Notes under the pieces: generated by a model
Told to the model about the DNA's origin: nothing
Seen by the model: only the letters and a program-made list of their open reading frames with translations
Databases searched by the model: none
Shown: positions 38,941-53,230 of the stretch, piece after piece
Layout of the letters: each line of letters begins with the position of its first letter
Numbering within the stretch: position 1 is the first letter of the stretch
NCBI RefSeq assembly: GCF_036321535.1
Contig: NC_087437.1
Location: 32,614,001-32,678,000 of the forward strand
From: Camelus dromedarius
Lineage: Eukaryota
Reading direction: 5' to 3'
Length of the DNA: 64,000 nt
Translations under genes and position numbers: made by a program

Positions 38941-41900
38941 TTGATAATTGGAGAGATCCTTAAAAGCTTACAACTAATGAAGTGATTGATTATGAGCTAT
39001 ATACTTCAAAGAAATTACTTTTTCAATCAACCCTAAGTTTTCTAGAACTGAATAGACTATAGTCATCTCAGGTGTATTTAAATGAAAGATAATATCTGTA
39101 AAAATCTTAGGAAAACTAATTTAATTTCAATATTTGTAAAGTTTTAAAACTTGCTTTACAATTTGAGATTACGAGAAAGTCATTCAATTCTTTCAGAAAT
39201 TTGAAACAATCTAATCTATATTCTGATTCAGTACCATATTAGGAGAACATGGAAATACCACAAGCATACAAAATAAGCAACTGGGTACTAATTTACAGAC
39301 TTCAAAGACTTGATTAAAATGGAAACAAAATACTTTGACTTTATACATTTACTCCACTTTAGTACCACATACCACAGAGAAAAACCTAAAATCGACATGC
39401 AAAAGTAACAAACATTATTTACTAAATCTAGGAATGTGCACGGTACCCCACTCTGTCCTATATGAACAGGCTACCTGCGGGTTCATTCTACAAATGTTTC
39501 CCATGATTTTCTAAATAGTGTTGTGCAGTTCTCTTTCTTAGGTATTGCCCTCTGTCCATTTGCTCTCCTGTTCTTGTACCCATATAGGTGACCTAAGGAG
39601 GAGAGGGTCAGCAAGGCTGAGAATGGATGATCAATGAACATGACTTCCACCTTGTCCTGGGAACCTTCACATGACCCACCCACTTTCTCCCCAGCCTCAG
39701 GGGCTCCTAAATTGCAAATTAAGATATTTTGCTCCAGTCATACATTCTCTCAAAGATTAATTATTATTAAATTAAAGGGGGTGCACAAGAAGACACTTCC
39801 TTTATTTTTCCTGTCCCTACCCTCTGAAGGTACTGAAGAAAAGTTTTATTTTTAAAACAACTATGTAGACATAATAAAAGAAATCAGAACTCTACAGAGA
39901 GGAAGAGAGATTTTCGTTTCCCTTTATTTCACCAAGCTCAATTCAGATACCTAGGATGGAGAGAAAAATTATTCTCAAAGTTACTAGTTTAAAACCAAAT
40001 AACTAGAAATTTTACAACATATAAAACAAATTAATGCCATGAATATCAGTAGGGCAATCAGTAAACAATAACCATGTATGTGAGTCTATTTTTTTAAAGG
40101 CACAAGGAAGCCCAAAATGCACTCTTATTTTTACTTTGCCTATTATATTTGAAAATATATTTCTTAGATTTAATCAACACCCTGAGTCTTCTAACACAGA
40201 TATCACCTAACCTTTTGCAGCAACATACATCTTACAAAATATCTAGTAAGAGTAAAATTTCAGTCACTTACAAGCTGCTTTCTTCATCCATGTGACTGGA
40301 GCTGACATCTTGACAAAACCTATACTTTAAAAAGCATGAAAGCAAAAAGTTCCAAATGACTCTGGTCAAAACACAAAAATACCATCCTCACTTCACAGCA
40401 CAGTCCTACTCCCCCTCCCTCCCTGCCCCACAGACAAATAGCTGAAAGCAGTAAGAACAGAAGAGGGAAATGAATCACTCATGTTGTATGAGAGTATTGA
40501 TATAAATAGTAATAGACTAATGTCAAAAATAGGATATATTTAGTCTGAATCCTAAAAAAAATCTTGATTGAGAATAATCTAACAGTGGATGAATTTGCCC
40601 GGGGAAGGAATTAAGAGTTCTTGCTCATCTAGCATCTAGAAAGAATCCTGTGATGTTAAAAAAAAAATTACAAACTTAGATATTATTTTATCTTGATATA
40701 ACCCATGTTTTATATTATAAAGATGCAAACATTTTTGTGACACAAATTTTCACTTATTTTCTATTTAAAAACCAGAAAGCTCTTACCTCATATTCAGCCT
40801 TCTCTTTGAACACATCTGTTCACAATGCTTGTATAATGCATCTTTTAATGTACTTTAGCTCATAATTAATGAGGGGAAAATTCTAAAATCTCAGAAACAC
40901 AAAAGGAAATGCATTGATTTAATACTATTTCCATGTTTACGTAAATAATACATAAATTTAGCAGAAATAAAAAATTGTAAACATATATGAATGTCTATAA
41001 ATAACAACAGAAATGTATTGACATAAACTGAGAAACTTAGAACTATGCAGAAAATTGACTGTTAAAAAAACTTTCATGTTATGATTGGCATCTGGAGAAA
41101 AAGAGTTGCTATATTTTTATAAAAAGCAAAATACAGACTTCTGATTTTACTTATACACAAAGAATAATGCACTCTTCCTCGTTTGTATATATTGATGCAT
41201 CACTTTAAATATTTATACAAAGAAAGCAAATACTAAATATGTTTACTCTCTGAGTCTCTCTGTTTGACCTCTGACATAATACCATATCTTGACTTAGAAT
41301 CATTGATTCCAAGGCACATACATTCATTTATAAAATATGTCCTACTAACTTTAAATCATTTATCCTTAGAAAAAGCTTCCTAGATTCAGATTTACCTTTT
41401 AGGTGAAATTAAAATTTAAACTTAGAAATGCATGTTCCATATAAATGTGAACTCCTCCCACCCCCATTTAAAATGTTGGGGATATCTTTCATTTATAGAA
41501 ATACAAATACTATGGTCATTGGTGGATTGTCTTAATTTAATGGACAGAACATTTATAATATCTATAAATATAACATTGAAAGTGAAAAATTCCAATCTTG
41601 ATTTTAGAAGAAGCACTATTTATTTCCAAAAGTGATATTCTAAATTGTGGCTCTAACAGAAAGAATGCAAAGTTGCCATTTAGTATTTAAAAACAAAACA
41701 AAACACCATAGCTTTATTTAGCCAATGAATCCCCAACTCTTGAATCTCAAATAAATGGCTGGTATTTCCAATACTAGTTAATTATCACTAAACCACAAAA
41801 GGGTGGTAAATACTCAGAACTAAAAAGTTTTCATCCTTTGGACACAATATGAATATTAGTGACACCCGATAAAAATGGCCTTTGCTCTGTTTAACATTTA

Positions 41901-42959
41901 ATCAAGTAGTTAATATTAAAACTGGAGACAGAAAAGATGTGTTGAAAGCAGTTACTTGTATATTGAAATTTGGAGAAAAACTACATGTGGTTTCCATTGT
42001 CCCATAGCCAACATTTTGGAATTTCTTACAGAATGATATATTTACATTTCTCAAAACTGAAAAGGTCTGCCTTCTTATTGAAGTTTACCATCTGTCAAAA
42101 CACTTCAAAAGCTAAATATTTTATATAAAGAGGGAGAAACTGACTAATCTATAATGTATATAAGATTAACCAAAGGAAATTTAAGAATGTCAAAAACAGT
42201 GTTCTAGTTGTCAATTAATACTTGAGTAATTCTTGATAAATCATAACCAGTGCTTTAATTTATGTGACTCTATCAAATATGTTCATTATATTCTTATATA
42301 GTTTCTTAATTCAATAACTTAAATGTGAAAGTTAATAAAATATCTGTAACACTACATTTTAACCAGTGCAAGGGTACTCTAAATACAGGTTCTTCATATT
42401 TATTCAATTAACTGAACTCTATCAGTAAACACAATGACTTCAGGGCCTAACTCATAAAAAATGCATTATTTACATGGAATCTTCTTGAATTTGCTTGAAA
42501 AATTAATTATAAAGCAAACTTTTCTCAGTTTATGTACATAGCAATTACGCCCAAGCCCTTGAAAGCAAATGTTACTGAGCACAGCTCACCTACATCAATG
42601 AGATGACAGAAGCATCAAAAACTTCAATTTGTATTCAAAGGCTACATGAGTCAACTTACTGTAGATGCGCAGACATTTTACTATTCTGTAAGGCATGCTG
42701 TTGCAAGCATAATATCCATTTAACATAAGGTAAAGATGGGGAACTACAAAATGCACCTAGAAAAAAATAGCTAATGACAAAGAGCGGGTAAGTGAATACT
42801 TCAAACCTCAAAACATATACCAATCAGCATGTCTGAATAACATCTCTCCCAGGATACGAACAAAAATGACTAACATATTTTATTGCTTGCATCTTTTAAA
42901 TAGTAACTGAAAAGATCATATATAGATCTAATCCAAGTGAAACTAGAGTTACAAAGTGT

Positions 42960-43480
42960 TACCACCAGAAGAATAATTGCATCAGATGTCTAACTAATAA
43001 GTATTTTATCAAGACTTGGCAAATAAAGTTCAGAGACGAAATTCTAAAAGGTGACAGAATCGTGGGCAATAGTAATGGAGACATAAAACACATTCCGTGG
43101 TTGATAAAGTAGTTGACTTCTTGAGAGAACTGTAAAATTATCAGGAAAAGGAGAGCAGATGTTACACATTTGGACTTGGTAAAGCATTTGATGCACTGCT
43201 TCATGAAAAGTGACTTGAGAAATTAATCCAAATTGGCTTGGATCTGATCAGTGTCACACAGATTGAAAACTGCTTGAAAATCAGTAAACAAAAGATCATA
43301 ACAAATGGTTGTATATCCTTTTGGGGTAGAGATCAGCCACTGGAATTGGTGTTAAATCTGGTCATAGTTAATGGTCTTATGAATAGTTTTTTTTTCAAAT
43401 GAACAATTTTAATAGAAGTTTCAAATGCTGCTGCATTGAAGGATGATGCCTACAAAAGAAAGAATTGAAAATAATAGAGT
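42960..43480 (+). mobile_element. Ancient CR1/L3 LINE reverse-transcriptase relic
   Basis: From 43158 it translates, with one frameshift and one stop, as DVTHLD-x-GKAFDALLHEK*LEKLIQIGLDLISVTQIENCLKISKQKIITNG, paralleling the CR1 motif DVIYLDFSKAFD...LLxKL...WIxNWL...QRVVxNG. A degenerate PQGSVLGPVLFNIFIND-like segment follows at ~43337-43385. Confidence 0.75.
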
Positions 43481-43604
43481 TACAAAGAAAAGAGTTAAAC
43501 ACACAGGAGACAATGTGAAATTTGGCTTGTAAAAATTCACTCCAGAAAATAAGATGTGACTATAAAAGAATGCTACTGATCATTTTTTTTTAAAACACAG
43601 ACAT

Positions 43605-43957
43605 CAGAACTTACAGATCCAAGTAAATTTTGTCCTTCAAAGTAGTCACCCTGAGAAACTAAACACTTAGTCCAGGAATACTGTCACTGTTCAAAACGTT
43701 TTCGGAAATTCATCTGTGAAATCGCCTTAAGAAACCAGTGCCAGTAAATTTTAGTGCACTTTATGAGACATATAAGAAAATGTGTCATCCCAAAACAGCC
43801 ATGCTTAATTTTTTCCTACACTTCATTTGTAATAAAAATTTATATTTCCCAGCTTCTTCATCAGACTTAATGCCAAACAGCCTTAGGCTAGTTCTAAAAA
43901 TTAAATCCACCCTCAGAGAACTAAGATATGTTTCCACTAAAATTATCTAAAAGAATA
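43605..43957. mobile_element. Mariner-derived MARNA-like DNA transposon relic
   Basis: ttcaaagtagtcaccctgagaaactaaacacttagtcc...tgttcaaaacgttttcggaaattc and ctaaaaattaaatccaccctcagagaactaagatatgtttccac. Confidence 0.7.
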
Positions 43958-43979
43958 TACCATACACATATTTTTTCAC

Positions 43980-44850
43980 AGGCTTATTTATTTCACCAAC
44001 ACTTAATGAAAATCTGCTATATGTTTGTCTCCACAATTTAACTGCGGAGAGGCTACAAAAACTAAGTAATGATCTTTGCCCTCAAGGCACTCACATTCTG
44101 GTGGAGAAGACAATCACATAAATAATTACATTATGGTGTAATGAAGCTCTGGTAGATGCAGGCTCAGAATTCTGTGAAAGCACAAAGGGGATCTGGGGAA
44201 GGGCATTCCAGCAGCAACAGATATTTGACAACGGTACAATATTCAGGAACTGGTGGTAGCTCCAATGGGAGCACAGGGTAGGTGGTGGAGCAGCCTCCGA
44301 AGAAGAGACGGGGAAAAAATAGTAAAAAGTCAGATTAAATGTCACCTTGAAGAGTTTGAACTTAATTCTTCAGGCAGAAGAAAAATAATCTGAGGAGTCA
44401 CATGACCTGACCTGTGCTTTTACAAAGAAAATTAGGGGCTGTGACATGAAGGATGGACTTGAGGAGAAAGAGACTAGAATCTCTGAGAGCAGTTAGAGGG
44501 TTTTGCATCCCACTCTACTCAGGCTTTGGCCTCCACCACTGCCTTATCAAGGTCCCTGAAGATCTGTACTATGGTCAGTTCTCAATGATCAGTTTTCAGC
44601 CCTCACTCCCTCCTCCTTGATGCCCTTTTTCACTTGGCTTCCAGGACACTGTGCTCTCTTGGTTTTCTTCCCATCTAGTATTGGTAGTTCCTTCTCACCC
44701 TCCTTTCACTGATTTCCACTCTTTTCCCCAACCTGTTAGTAATGGAATACTACAGGATGCAGTCCTAGATTCTCTTCTCTCTACTTCTCTTCTCTCTAGT
44801 TTTTGGTAATTACACCCGGCCTCATCACTTGAAGTACATTTTATATAAAC
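43980..44850. mobile_element. L2 fragments in both orientations
   Basis: caacacttaatgaaaatctgctatatg...ctttgccctcaaggcactcacattctggtggagaagaca (reverse L2 tail) and cacttggcttccaggacactgtgctctcttggttttcttcc (forward L2). Confidence 0.7.
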
Positions 44851-47262
44851 CTAGAAACAACTCAGACGTCCAACACTGTGAGAATAGATGTATAAATTGG
44901 TATATGCACTCCATAGACTATTATACAGCAGTCAAATGAATTACAGCGACTTCAACAATATAAGTGAATCCTAACAGATAAGAATTAAAAGTAAATATAG
45001 GAAGGTAAAGGTATGGTATTCATAATTACACATATAAAGAAGTGCAAATTCAGTGGAGATAAATGGGAAAAGAAAATGTTAAGATTTGGATATATTTCAA
45101 GGGCATTAGTAAAAGATTTATATAAGCTAGGGGGAAAAAAGCAAAAGCAGAAGGAAGAAAAGTAAGAAAAGGTAAAGAAAAGCTGTGAATAGATTAAAGG
45201 TCAACAATTTCCCTCATATATAGTATAGAATTATTAGTACTAAGAGATAACTTAGGAAAGAATATTTGAGTACTGCTCAGAATTATTTGTCTTTTTAAGA
45301 AGGAAACTAGGTCTCAGTCAGTGCATCTCCTGAATGCACACCCCAGGAGGAGGTGTCCTTACATCAGGTACTGCCCACCTCCCAATGCAAAAGTACAGTT
45401 TCCTGCTTCAAGCTTTACAGACATTTCCAAGATGACCCACCTTTATCTTTTTATTTTAACCATCTTTATCTTCCTTCCTATCTCTCACTGACAATTAGGG
45501 CCAGGCCTGGAGTAGATGCTCAAATGTTTATTAAATACTTTGAACTTGATTTCCTATGATTTGTCTTCTCTCTTGAAGATTTAAAAAATATTTGTGAAAT
45601 GATTTAGTTCTACATTTTTAAAAGTTTTACTGGGATGTGACAAATGAATATTTTCTATGAAGCAAACAGAAGCAACCCAAATCATTCCTGGGATTATTCT
45701 TCATTAAGTATCTGTTGCAGCATAAATTTGCACATCACAAGATTTGGTGAGTAAGAGTCTCCTAAGTTTAGCCCACTTACTCATCTTCTTTTCTTGAGTC
45801 TTTCTGCATTTACAACTTGCCTACCTCCCATCCCCATCCCATGCCAACCATACCCTTCCCTCTCTTTCAACCATCACTGCCTCCAACAGTGTCAGACTCC
45901 AAGGAGAAAGCAGAAAAGGATAGTCTGACAGGTTAAAGTAGAAAGGGGAAAAGAATCCAAAGCACTAGGTAGGTATTTAGTAAATGTCTGCTGAGTGAAT
46001 GAATAAATGAGTTATGTGCAACTAGGCTTCTGGAATGAGTATCTTGGAAGAGAGGGGGAGGACAGAGGATCACCTGGAAGAGAAATGGGAAGGTGCTCAA
46101 CATGAAAACATGAGTGTTTTTTATAGAGTAGGTAAAAAAGAAAATTTCTCCCCTGAGTAGTGAAGAGCTAGTGAAGAGAGGGTCATAGGAAATGACAGTA
46201 TTTGAGAGAATTTTCTCCCCTGTTCTGCAGCCTACATTTCAGTCAGTCAAAGACCATAACCAAGCTTCCTCATGTATTCAGCCCACTGACCTGTCTCATT
46301 CTGCACCCAATTAGGCGGGGTGATAAATTTGAGGGTGGTGGGGACAGAGGAGTTTAGAGTAGGTGGTGGAACAAGGCTAAACCCACCTCAGTGCTCCACT
46401 AGCCTCAGAAATTATGTTATCCAGCATTTCCTAATCCACCTGATTCCATGGGCAGCCCTCTGGTGAGCACAGTTCATGGCATCAAAGACAGAACCAGTTC
46501 TGTGCCCAGATCCACTGCTTTGCTGCTGATACAACCACAAACATTCCAGAAATGAATCTTCCCCTTGTCTGTCAGTACCCATCTATTCTAATTCCTTACC
46601 CTGATCTTGGAAAACTACAAAAAGGATCAATTACTCTCTGAGTTAGTCAGAGCCTCATTTGTACTCAGTGAGGAATTACACACACAGGCACACAACTCCA
46701 ACGGCACAACTGGTGCTGACTATTAACCTAGATCAATAGTCTCAACAGAAAAGGTCAAAGGTCCAATGGGCTCTGGGAACCTCAGACCACATTACTCTCT
46801 ACCTTGACCAACTTGACAGACAAGCTCAAATTGCTCAGGCTGTCCCCTTTCAGTGCATTAGCAAAGAACTTCAGAGCTTGAAACTAACAGTCCTTTTCTC
46901 TACAGTAAATGCTTTTTAAAAAGTAAATAATAAGCAGAAGACTAACAAAGAAGAAATAAGAATAAGGATAATAAAATAAGACAAGAATTGAAATTGCTGA
47001 CTTACATTTTATAAAAGAATATACATAATTTTGCAGATTCCCTCTATAGGCTTTATTTTATAACAACAAAAGAGATTTGTGGGGAACTCTGCTGAATGGC
47101 ACATGGAGGTCTATACACTTGAGTAAGATCATACTTAAGGGAATAGCAAAGTATCCCAGCCCTCAGTTTTGAAAAACTCTTGCTACTGAACAAACTCAAA
47201 AGGCCCACAGGCATTAAAAATGACCAGAGCTTCTTACACATATAAACAGCTCAGAAACTTCC

Positions 47263-47768
47263 TGTATTAGTTTCTTGTTGCTACTGTAACACATATTCAC
47301 AAACACAGAGGCTTAAAACAACACAATTGATTATCTCACAATTCTGTAGGTTAGAAGTCCAACATGTGTTTAACTGGGCTAAAGCCAAGGTGTTGGCAGG
47401 GCTACATTCCTTCTAGATGCTCTGGGGCAAATTCCTTGTCTTGCCTTTTCCAGCTTCTAGAGGCCACCAGCATTCTTTGGCTCTTCCGTCTTCAGAGCCA
47501 ACAGTATTGCTTCTCTCTGACCATTCTTTTGTAGTCACATCTCTCTCTAAGTCTCCTCTTTGGCCTCCCACTTCCACCTTCAAAGACCCTTTTAATTCAG
47601 TGGGCCCACCTGAATAGTTGCAGTTACTCTCTATTTTAAGGTCAGCTGATTAGCACCCTTAATTCCACTGCAACCTAACTCCCCTCTGCCAAATAAGCTA
47701 ACATATCTACAGGTTCCGGGGATTAGGATGTGGATGTCTTTGAGGGTATCTTTCTTCTGTTTATCACA
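47263..47768 (-). mobile_element. MaLR solo LTR (MLT1-like)
   Basis: TGTATTAGTTTCTTGTTGCTACTGTAAC...ggcttaaaacaacac...gattaggatgtggatgtctttg...atcaCA; approximate 5-bp TSD cttcc/tttcc. Confidence 0.85.
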
Positions 47769-48619
47769 TTTCCTTATTACTCCCAAGGCAAACTGGAGGA
47801 TCAGTCTGTCTCTTTCCAACCTTCCTTTGACGGCTAGTTCCACCTAATTTCGCCCGTCTAAAAAGTTACATAAGGAGCCCTAGAACTAAAACTCCCCCAG
47901 GGAGAGTACTGGATCGTTTCAAACAAGCATCAGCAGAGACTAAGTTTTAATGGAAATGATATAAGCCTTAAAAGATACACGACTGAATTTCAGTAAATAA
48001 ACATATTGCCCACAAGATAGGTAATTACATTTTGAGCCACCAATGTCAGTAAACGTAATACAACACATGATGTAGCATGAGCACTGAAAGTCTGGCTAGG
48101 TTGATGTACTTTTTAAATCATTTTCAAGGGTAGTAGTTTATTTTCTTCTTTCTTAGTACAGAAACATTAAAAAATGTATTCAATAAATAAGCAAATGGAA
48201 GGACAATCAATCCAATATCAAAGTGACTAGAGAGTCAATGCCAGGTCTCAATTTGTACACCAATGTTCCAGGATATAGAGGGCTGGAGGTCAGGGACTCT
48301 GGGTAACTTCTGCATTAAGAATACCTTGAGTTATCAGGGAGAAATCTGTCTACTCTATACAAAGGGGCAGCTCTAAAGTCACAGTCCCTCAAAAATTCCA
48401 TGTAAAAAAAAAAAAACTTTGCAAGATTTGAAGAAAGTTTTATTCCAAACTCCAGGCCACACAACGTAGACACAGATAATCAACATTCATATTGAAATAA
48501 ATTTGCATACCACCTCCCACTATTTTCCAGAACTGTTTCTAATTATACAGACAAGCAAATTCAAGATCCTCTCTATGTGACAATAATTTGAAAGGCAAAT
48601 AGTGAAAGTAGAGAAGTAC

Positions 48620-48800
48620 ATTTGTGGAAACTTCCTGTATGCCAGGTACTTTTCACATCTTCTGTGATCCCCACAACAACCTGCACAGAGTGTCTATAGG
48701 ACACTAAGAGGACACATGCTCTAGGAAGCTAAGAAATTACCTGCAACTTCACAACTAATCAAATCTCACAACTAGTTGAGGTTTGAATTCAGAAAAATCT
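48620..48800. mobile_element. MIR SINE (degenerate)
   Basis: ttcctgtatgccaggtacttttcacatc...gatccccacaacaacc. Confidence 0.5.
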
Positions 48801-49749
48801 GCTTCTGAAGATTGGTCATATACAGCGACATCACTGGCTTCCAAATTAAAATGTGTAAAAAGTGTTCTCAGTGCTTTGTAGATATTATACAAAATATGAG
48901 GCAAATCTCAGTAATATATCTAAATTTAGCTACTGGGAAGAAGTCCCTCTACATTCCATCTGTAATTAGGACTGAACTGTTCACTTTACAGTTCCTCATA
49001 ATAGTAATTAAACATTCCTTCTTCTGTAATATATGTGTTTTCAAGTTTCTATTAAAGATCGTGGGTCAGCAGCCTTTGCATCTTTCAGCATTTTACTGCT
49101 AATGCTCTACAAACACGAACAGCCAAAGAAAATGCAGATGGTCATGTGGAACACAAACCACAGCAACATATGGCATGCATTTAATTCTAACAAAGTGTGC
49201 TTCTTAACCTCTGGGTGTCGCTCCACCATCTCTTTATAAGGCTACTCATTTCCAAGAAAGGTTCTGTTTCCAAAAACAGAGTAACAGGCCCCCACATGTG
49301 TTGTACGGCCAATCAGATGCATATAATGTGTCTGGATGCTTTTAGCAAGTGCATTTAGCACATGCTCCCTAGTACTATCATGTGTACTTATGAACCATCC
49401 CTCCTAGATGGTAAGCCCCTTGAGGGCAAGTGCCAGGCCTGGTATCTCACCTTCTTAGCCACATATGGCAGAGTAACAATACTATCTGTCATGTATATGG
49501 TGCTATGCAGTTTCTAAACTGCTCTTACAGGTAAGTCCCTTAACTACACTGTGACCTTTGCCACATCTTCCAGATGAGGCTCACAGAGGCTAAGCAACTA
49601 GCTTGAAGCACAAACAAGTAGGTAATGTTTTCCTCTTGTCCACAACAGAAAAGTATTATTCCTTGTCTTACAAACTACTTGGCTTTGTTATATTCTTCTT
49701 CTAAGGTTTTTATTACAAGGATTAATGCCTATTGGCCTTTGTATTAAAA

Positions 49750-49995
49750 TAAATATCATATAGTGCTAATATACAAGTGAAAGACACTGTTCTTAGGGCT
49801 TTACAAATATTAACTTATTTAATCCGCCTAGCTTTCCCACAAAATAGACACTATTTTTATCTCCATTTTACAGATGAGGAAACTGAGACACAGAGAGATT
49901 AACTAATCCCAAATCACTCGACTGGTAAATGGCAGCAGTGAGGTCTGAATCCAAGAATTAGAGTACATGCCCTTAACTTACTCTGCACTATTCTG
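49750..49995. mobile_element. MIR SINE
   Basis: ctatttttatctccattttacagatgaggaaactgagacacagagagattaactaa, the MIR core. Confidence 0.8.
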
Positions 49996-51719
49996 CCTGA
50001 GTAAGAATCTACAAAGATCTTTACTCAGAATATGTGAGTAGTTGTTCAACAAGGTGGGGGAAAGTGTGTTTACTCTTCCTTATGTGATTTATTTGATTAT
50101 ACTCTAAAACCTTTCCTCATGCCGATAGAACTTCACGTAAGTACAATACTAAATTTTCCTGTACTGAAGGCATATGCGATGGTTACCTTGACTGACACAT
50201 AAAATACCCAAAACAAAATACCCCAAGACTTGAGGATTTTTTGTTTTATGAATTAGAGACATGAAAGGATTACCTAGGCATCAGAAGTGTTATAAGCTCA
50301 CATCTGTAAGTCTTTCTTGGAGATTTTCGTATTTCTTATACAAGAATGTTCCCTGTATGAAATATTTCAGTATTCACTCTATATCTGATCTCGAAAATTA
50401 TCTAATCCTTTTTAATTTTAATTCTCAGCTACTTTTTCTTCACACATAGGGCAAGCACTTACTTTCAATGTTTAACACTTTTATTCCAGTTGTCTTGAAA
50501 ACATGCTAGTAAACATGCAAACATATTGTAAAGGTTTAAAATTCGGGGTGCGTATACATATATCAACAGGAGTCATGAATTATGTATATCCCAAGCCTAT
50601 ATAAATTAGATTTTGAAGAACAAGCATCACAGTACTCAGGCAGGTCATAATAAGAGATTCCATGTGAAATGTAAAAACTACCTTGAATAAATTATCCATA
50701 AGTTAACACTCTCATTAGAATGACATATTTATTATTTCTGGGTTTGTGACATTCCTTTAATGCACTTTGACTAACTGTTCTAACAGCACGTTAAGAAACC
50801 ATTGCAGGCCTTTCTACCCCCCGCCCCCGTGTTGGAATTAGCAGAATTTATTTACATTTGAACTAAAATAATTTAAAATAATATAACATTAAAAACAATC
50901 ACCCATTTCCCAATGTAGAATATCATTTTTTTCTGCCCAGAAACATTTAATTAAAGCAGGATATAACTTTAGTAATTATTTTTGCACAGAATGACTAAAA
51001 TTAATAGTCAATTGTAAGACTGTTTAAAAATTGGGAGGCTGACAATCAAAACAATCTTAAATGTTTTGTTTGTGTGATGAAAAGGAGTGATCCTTTAATT
51101 CCCTCACACACATTAAACTGATTTCACAGACTTTCTGTACTGGTGTTTAACATAGTCAAGTGCTTGAGGTTACATAAAATAAACAATCTTGAGATCTTAT
51201 TGCAAATGTTTGTAATTTATGATGTAAACTGATTTGTGGAAAAAAAAAAAAAAACAGGATCCCAGGTCCCTGAAGCCAAAAAGGCATTTTTCAGAAATCA
51301 AAATAGTTCCGAAATTTGAGCATTGCATTATGCTAAAGTATTACCATCTGAAGATCTAAAAAGTTATAAAGCTGGGGAAAAACTCAAAATAGGTATTTAT
51401 CAGTTCAGCTTCCAGCAAAGGCCTCCGATCTAACTGGGCCTCCTGTATTACAGGATATTTAACACTAATGATATCTTTAATAGTATCTTCTAATTCAGTT
51501 TCCCCAGTTAGGGATTTCATAGCCTGGGAAGGCTTTGAAAACACCCTGAAAAATTTGGGGGACGATTGGGGATAATTTTAAAATTATATATTACGATTAT
51601 TGAGTTTGTACCAAAACGACATACACGTTGGGGCTTACTTGAATTTAAAGTGAAACCTTCCTCGGACCCCTTCTCAGACTGGCTCTGGAAACTCGGGGTT
51701 TGGAACCTCTTGTTCACAC

Positions 51720-53230
51720 ATAAGGCGCCTGCCCGAGAGTTTGGGTCGTGGCGCTCCAGGAAAGCGTCTCTGCGCGACCGTGTGTAGGAGGCTGGACCCA
51801 AGGGACCGGCCCCGACGGTCCACGAAAGGCGGCCTCAGCCCTCGCTGAGTCTCGGGAGAGCGGACGCGGAAGGAGGCGAGGACGCCGCGGGCGCCCCTGA
51901 CGCCGGACCCACAGGCCCGCGCGTCACGCTCACGTATAGCCGACGGGCCCGAGAAACTTTGTCCTTTCTCGCCCGGCCGCGCTGCCTCCGCGGGCTCCTC
52001 AGCCATCCGCGCTGCTGCCAGGACCCGACCCTCGCGGGTCTCCGCGCCCAGCCCTCCCGGCTCCGGCGGCCGGGAACGTTCCAGCCGACGTAGGCCGCGC
52101 TGCCGCGCCGCTACCCGGGTACCGGGCGCCCGGCCGGCCTGGGTCCGGACGCACCGCCTCCTTTGACCTCGGGCTCCCCCAGAGCTCAGATGCCGGGACA
52201 GGCTGGGCTCCGCGTCGGCCGCGCCCACCGCTGCGCCACGGACGGAACCGCCAACTCCGGGTCCCAAGTTCTCCCGTGACCTCCAACCTCCCTGGGGGTG
52301 CCCAGGGAAACGTCCGAATCAGCGTCGAGGTCTGGATTGGGGTTGGCGCTTGGAGCCTGCCGGTTCGGACCCAGGAGCCGGCAGGAGCTTGCCGGAGGCC
52401 ATTGGGCCGAGGCGGGCGGCGCGGTGCGGCCGCTTCAAAGTACACCCCGCCCCTAAGCAGATGTTTATTATGAAAACTAGGAACGCTTGACAAGTAGAAG
52501 ACCCGCAAGGCCTGAGCGCTGAATACGGCCCAAGTCCTGTTCGGTGGTCTTTGAAGGCTAAAAGATAAATATAAACGTATCACCCACGTCTACGCGGAGA
52601 ACAGCTTCAAGTGCGAGCTCAACCCGGGAGAGGGCCGGGTGGGGGCGGCGGGAGCACTGCCCGAGGACGCGTGGCTTTTTTTGCAGGGAGGGTCTCCTCT
52701 ACGCGTACTCCGGCCCAAAGGGGGCCCCAGGGGACACTTGGGACACTCTCGATCTTGGTGGAGGGTGTCCCCCATCCCAAGGGGCCGAGAAGAAAGGGAA
52801 GGGAAGGTCTTGTCCCGGGTCTTCACGGTCTCTACCCACCCCCAAACAGGCAGCGCTTTCTGGCTTCACTAGGTAGTATTTTTTATGGGAGAGGGGACGG
52901 GAGGGGGGAGGGAGGGAATCCTCCGTGTCCAGCAGACGGGTAAGACCCGGCTTTTCTTAAACACGGTCCTGGCTTCTACTTTTTCCTAAACTTAACTAAC
53001 GAAGAAGCTATTTGGACCGAAGCACTAAACTGAAGTGGGAGGTGGGGTATCCGCCCTCCCCAGCGCCCCCGCCCCGCTTCGCATCTCTCAACCTATTCCC
53101 AAAACGTCACGGCCCTGCCGGACTCTGCAGAGGGTCGGCGACCTGGGAGCTAGTGTCTACTATGCTGCAGTTAACCCAGGTGGATTTCGCAGCGCGTGAT
53201 CCCGCTTTCCTTCTTCCCCCAAATGTTCCC
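51720..53230. promoter_or_regulatory. Orphan CpG island downstream of SHOX2 with promoter-like motifs
   Basis: Very GC/CpG-rich. ATTGG (CCAAT) at 52336 and 52401, GC box ccccgccc at 52445-52452, TATAAA at 52570-52575. Confidence 0.85.

Noticed and set aside
49997..50028. Imperfect hairpin ctgagtaagaatct/agatctttactcag
   Set aside because: Short, at a MIR boundary, and too small for a pre-miRNA; likely chance.
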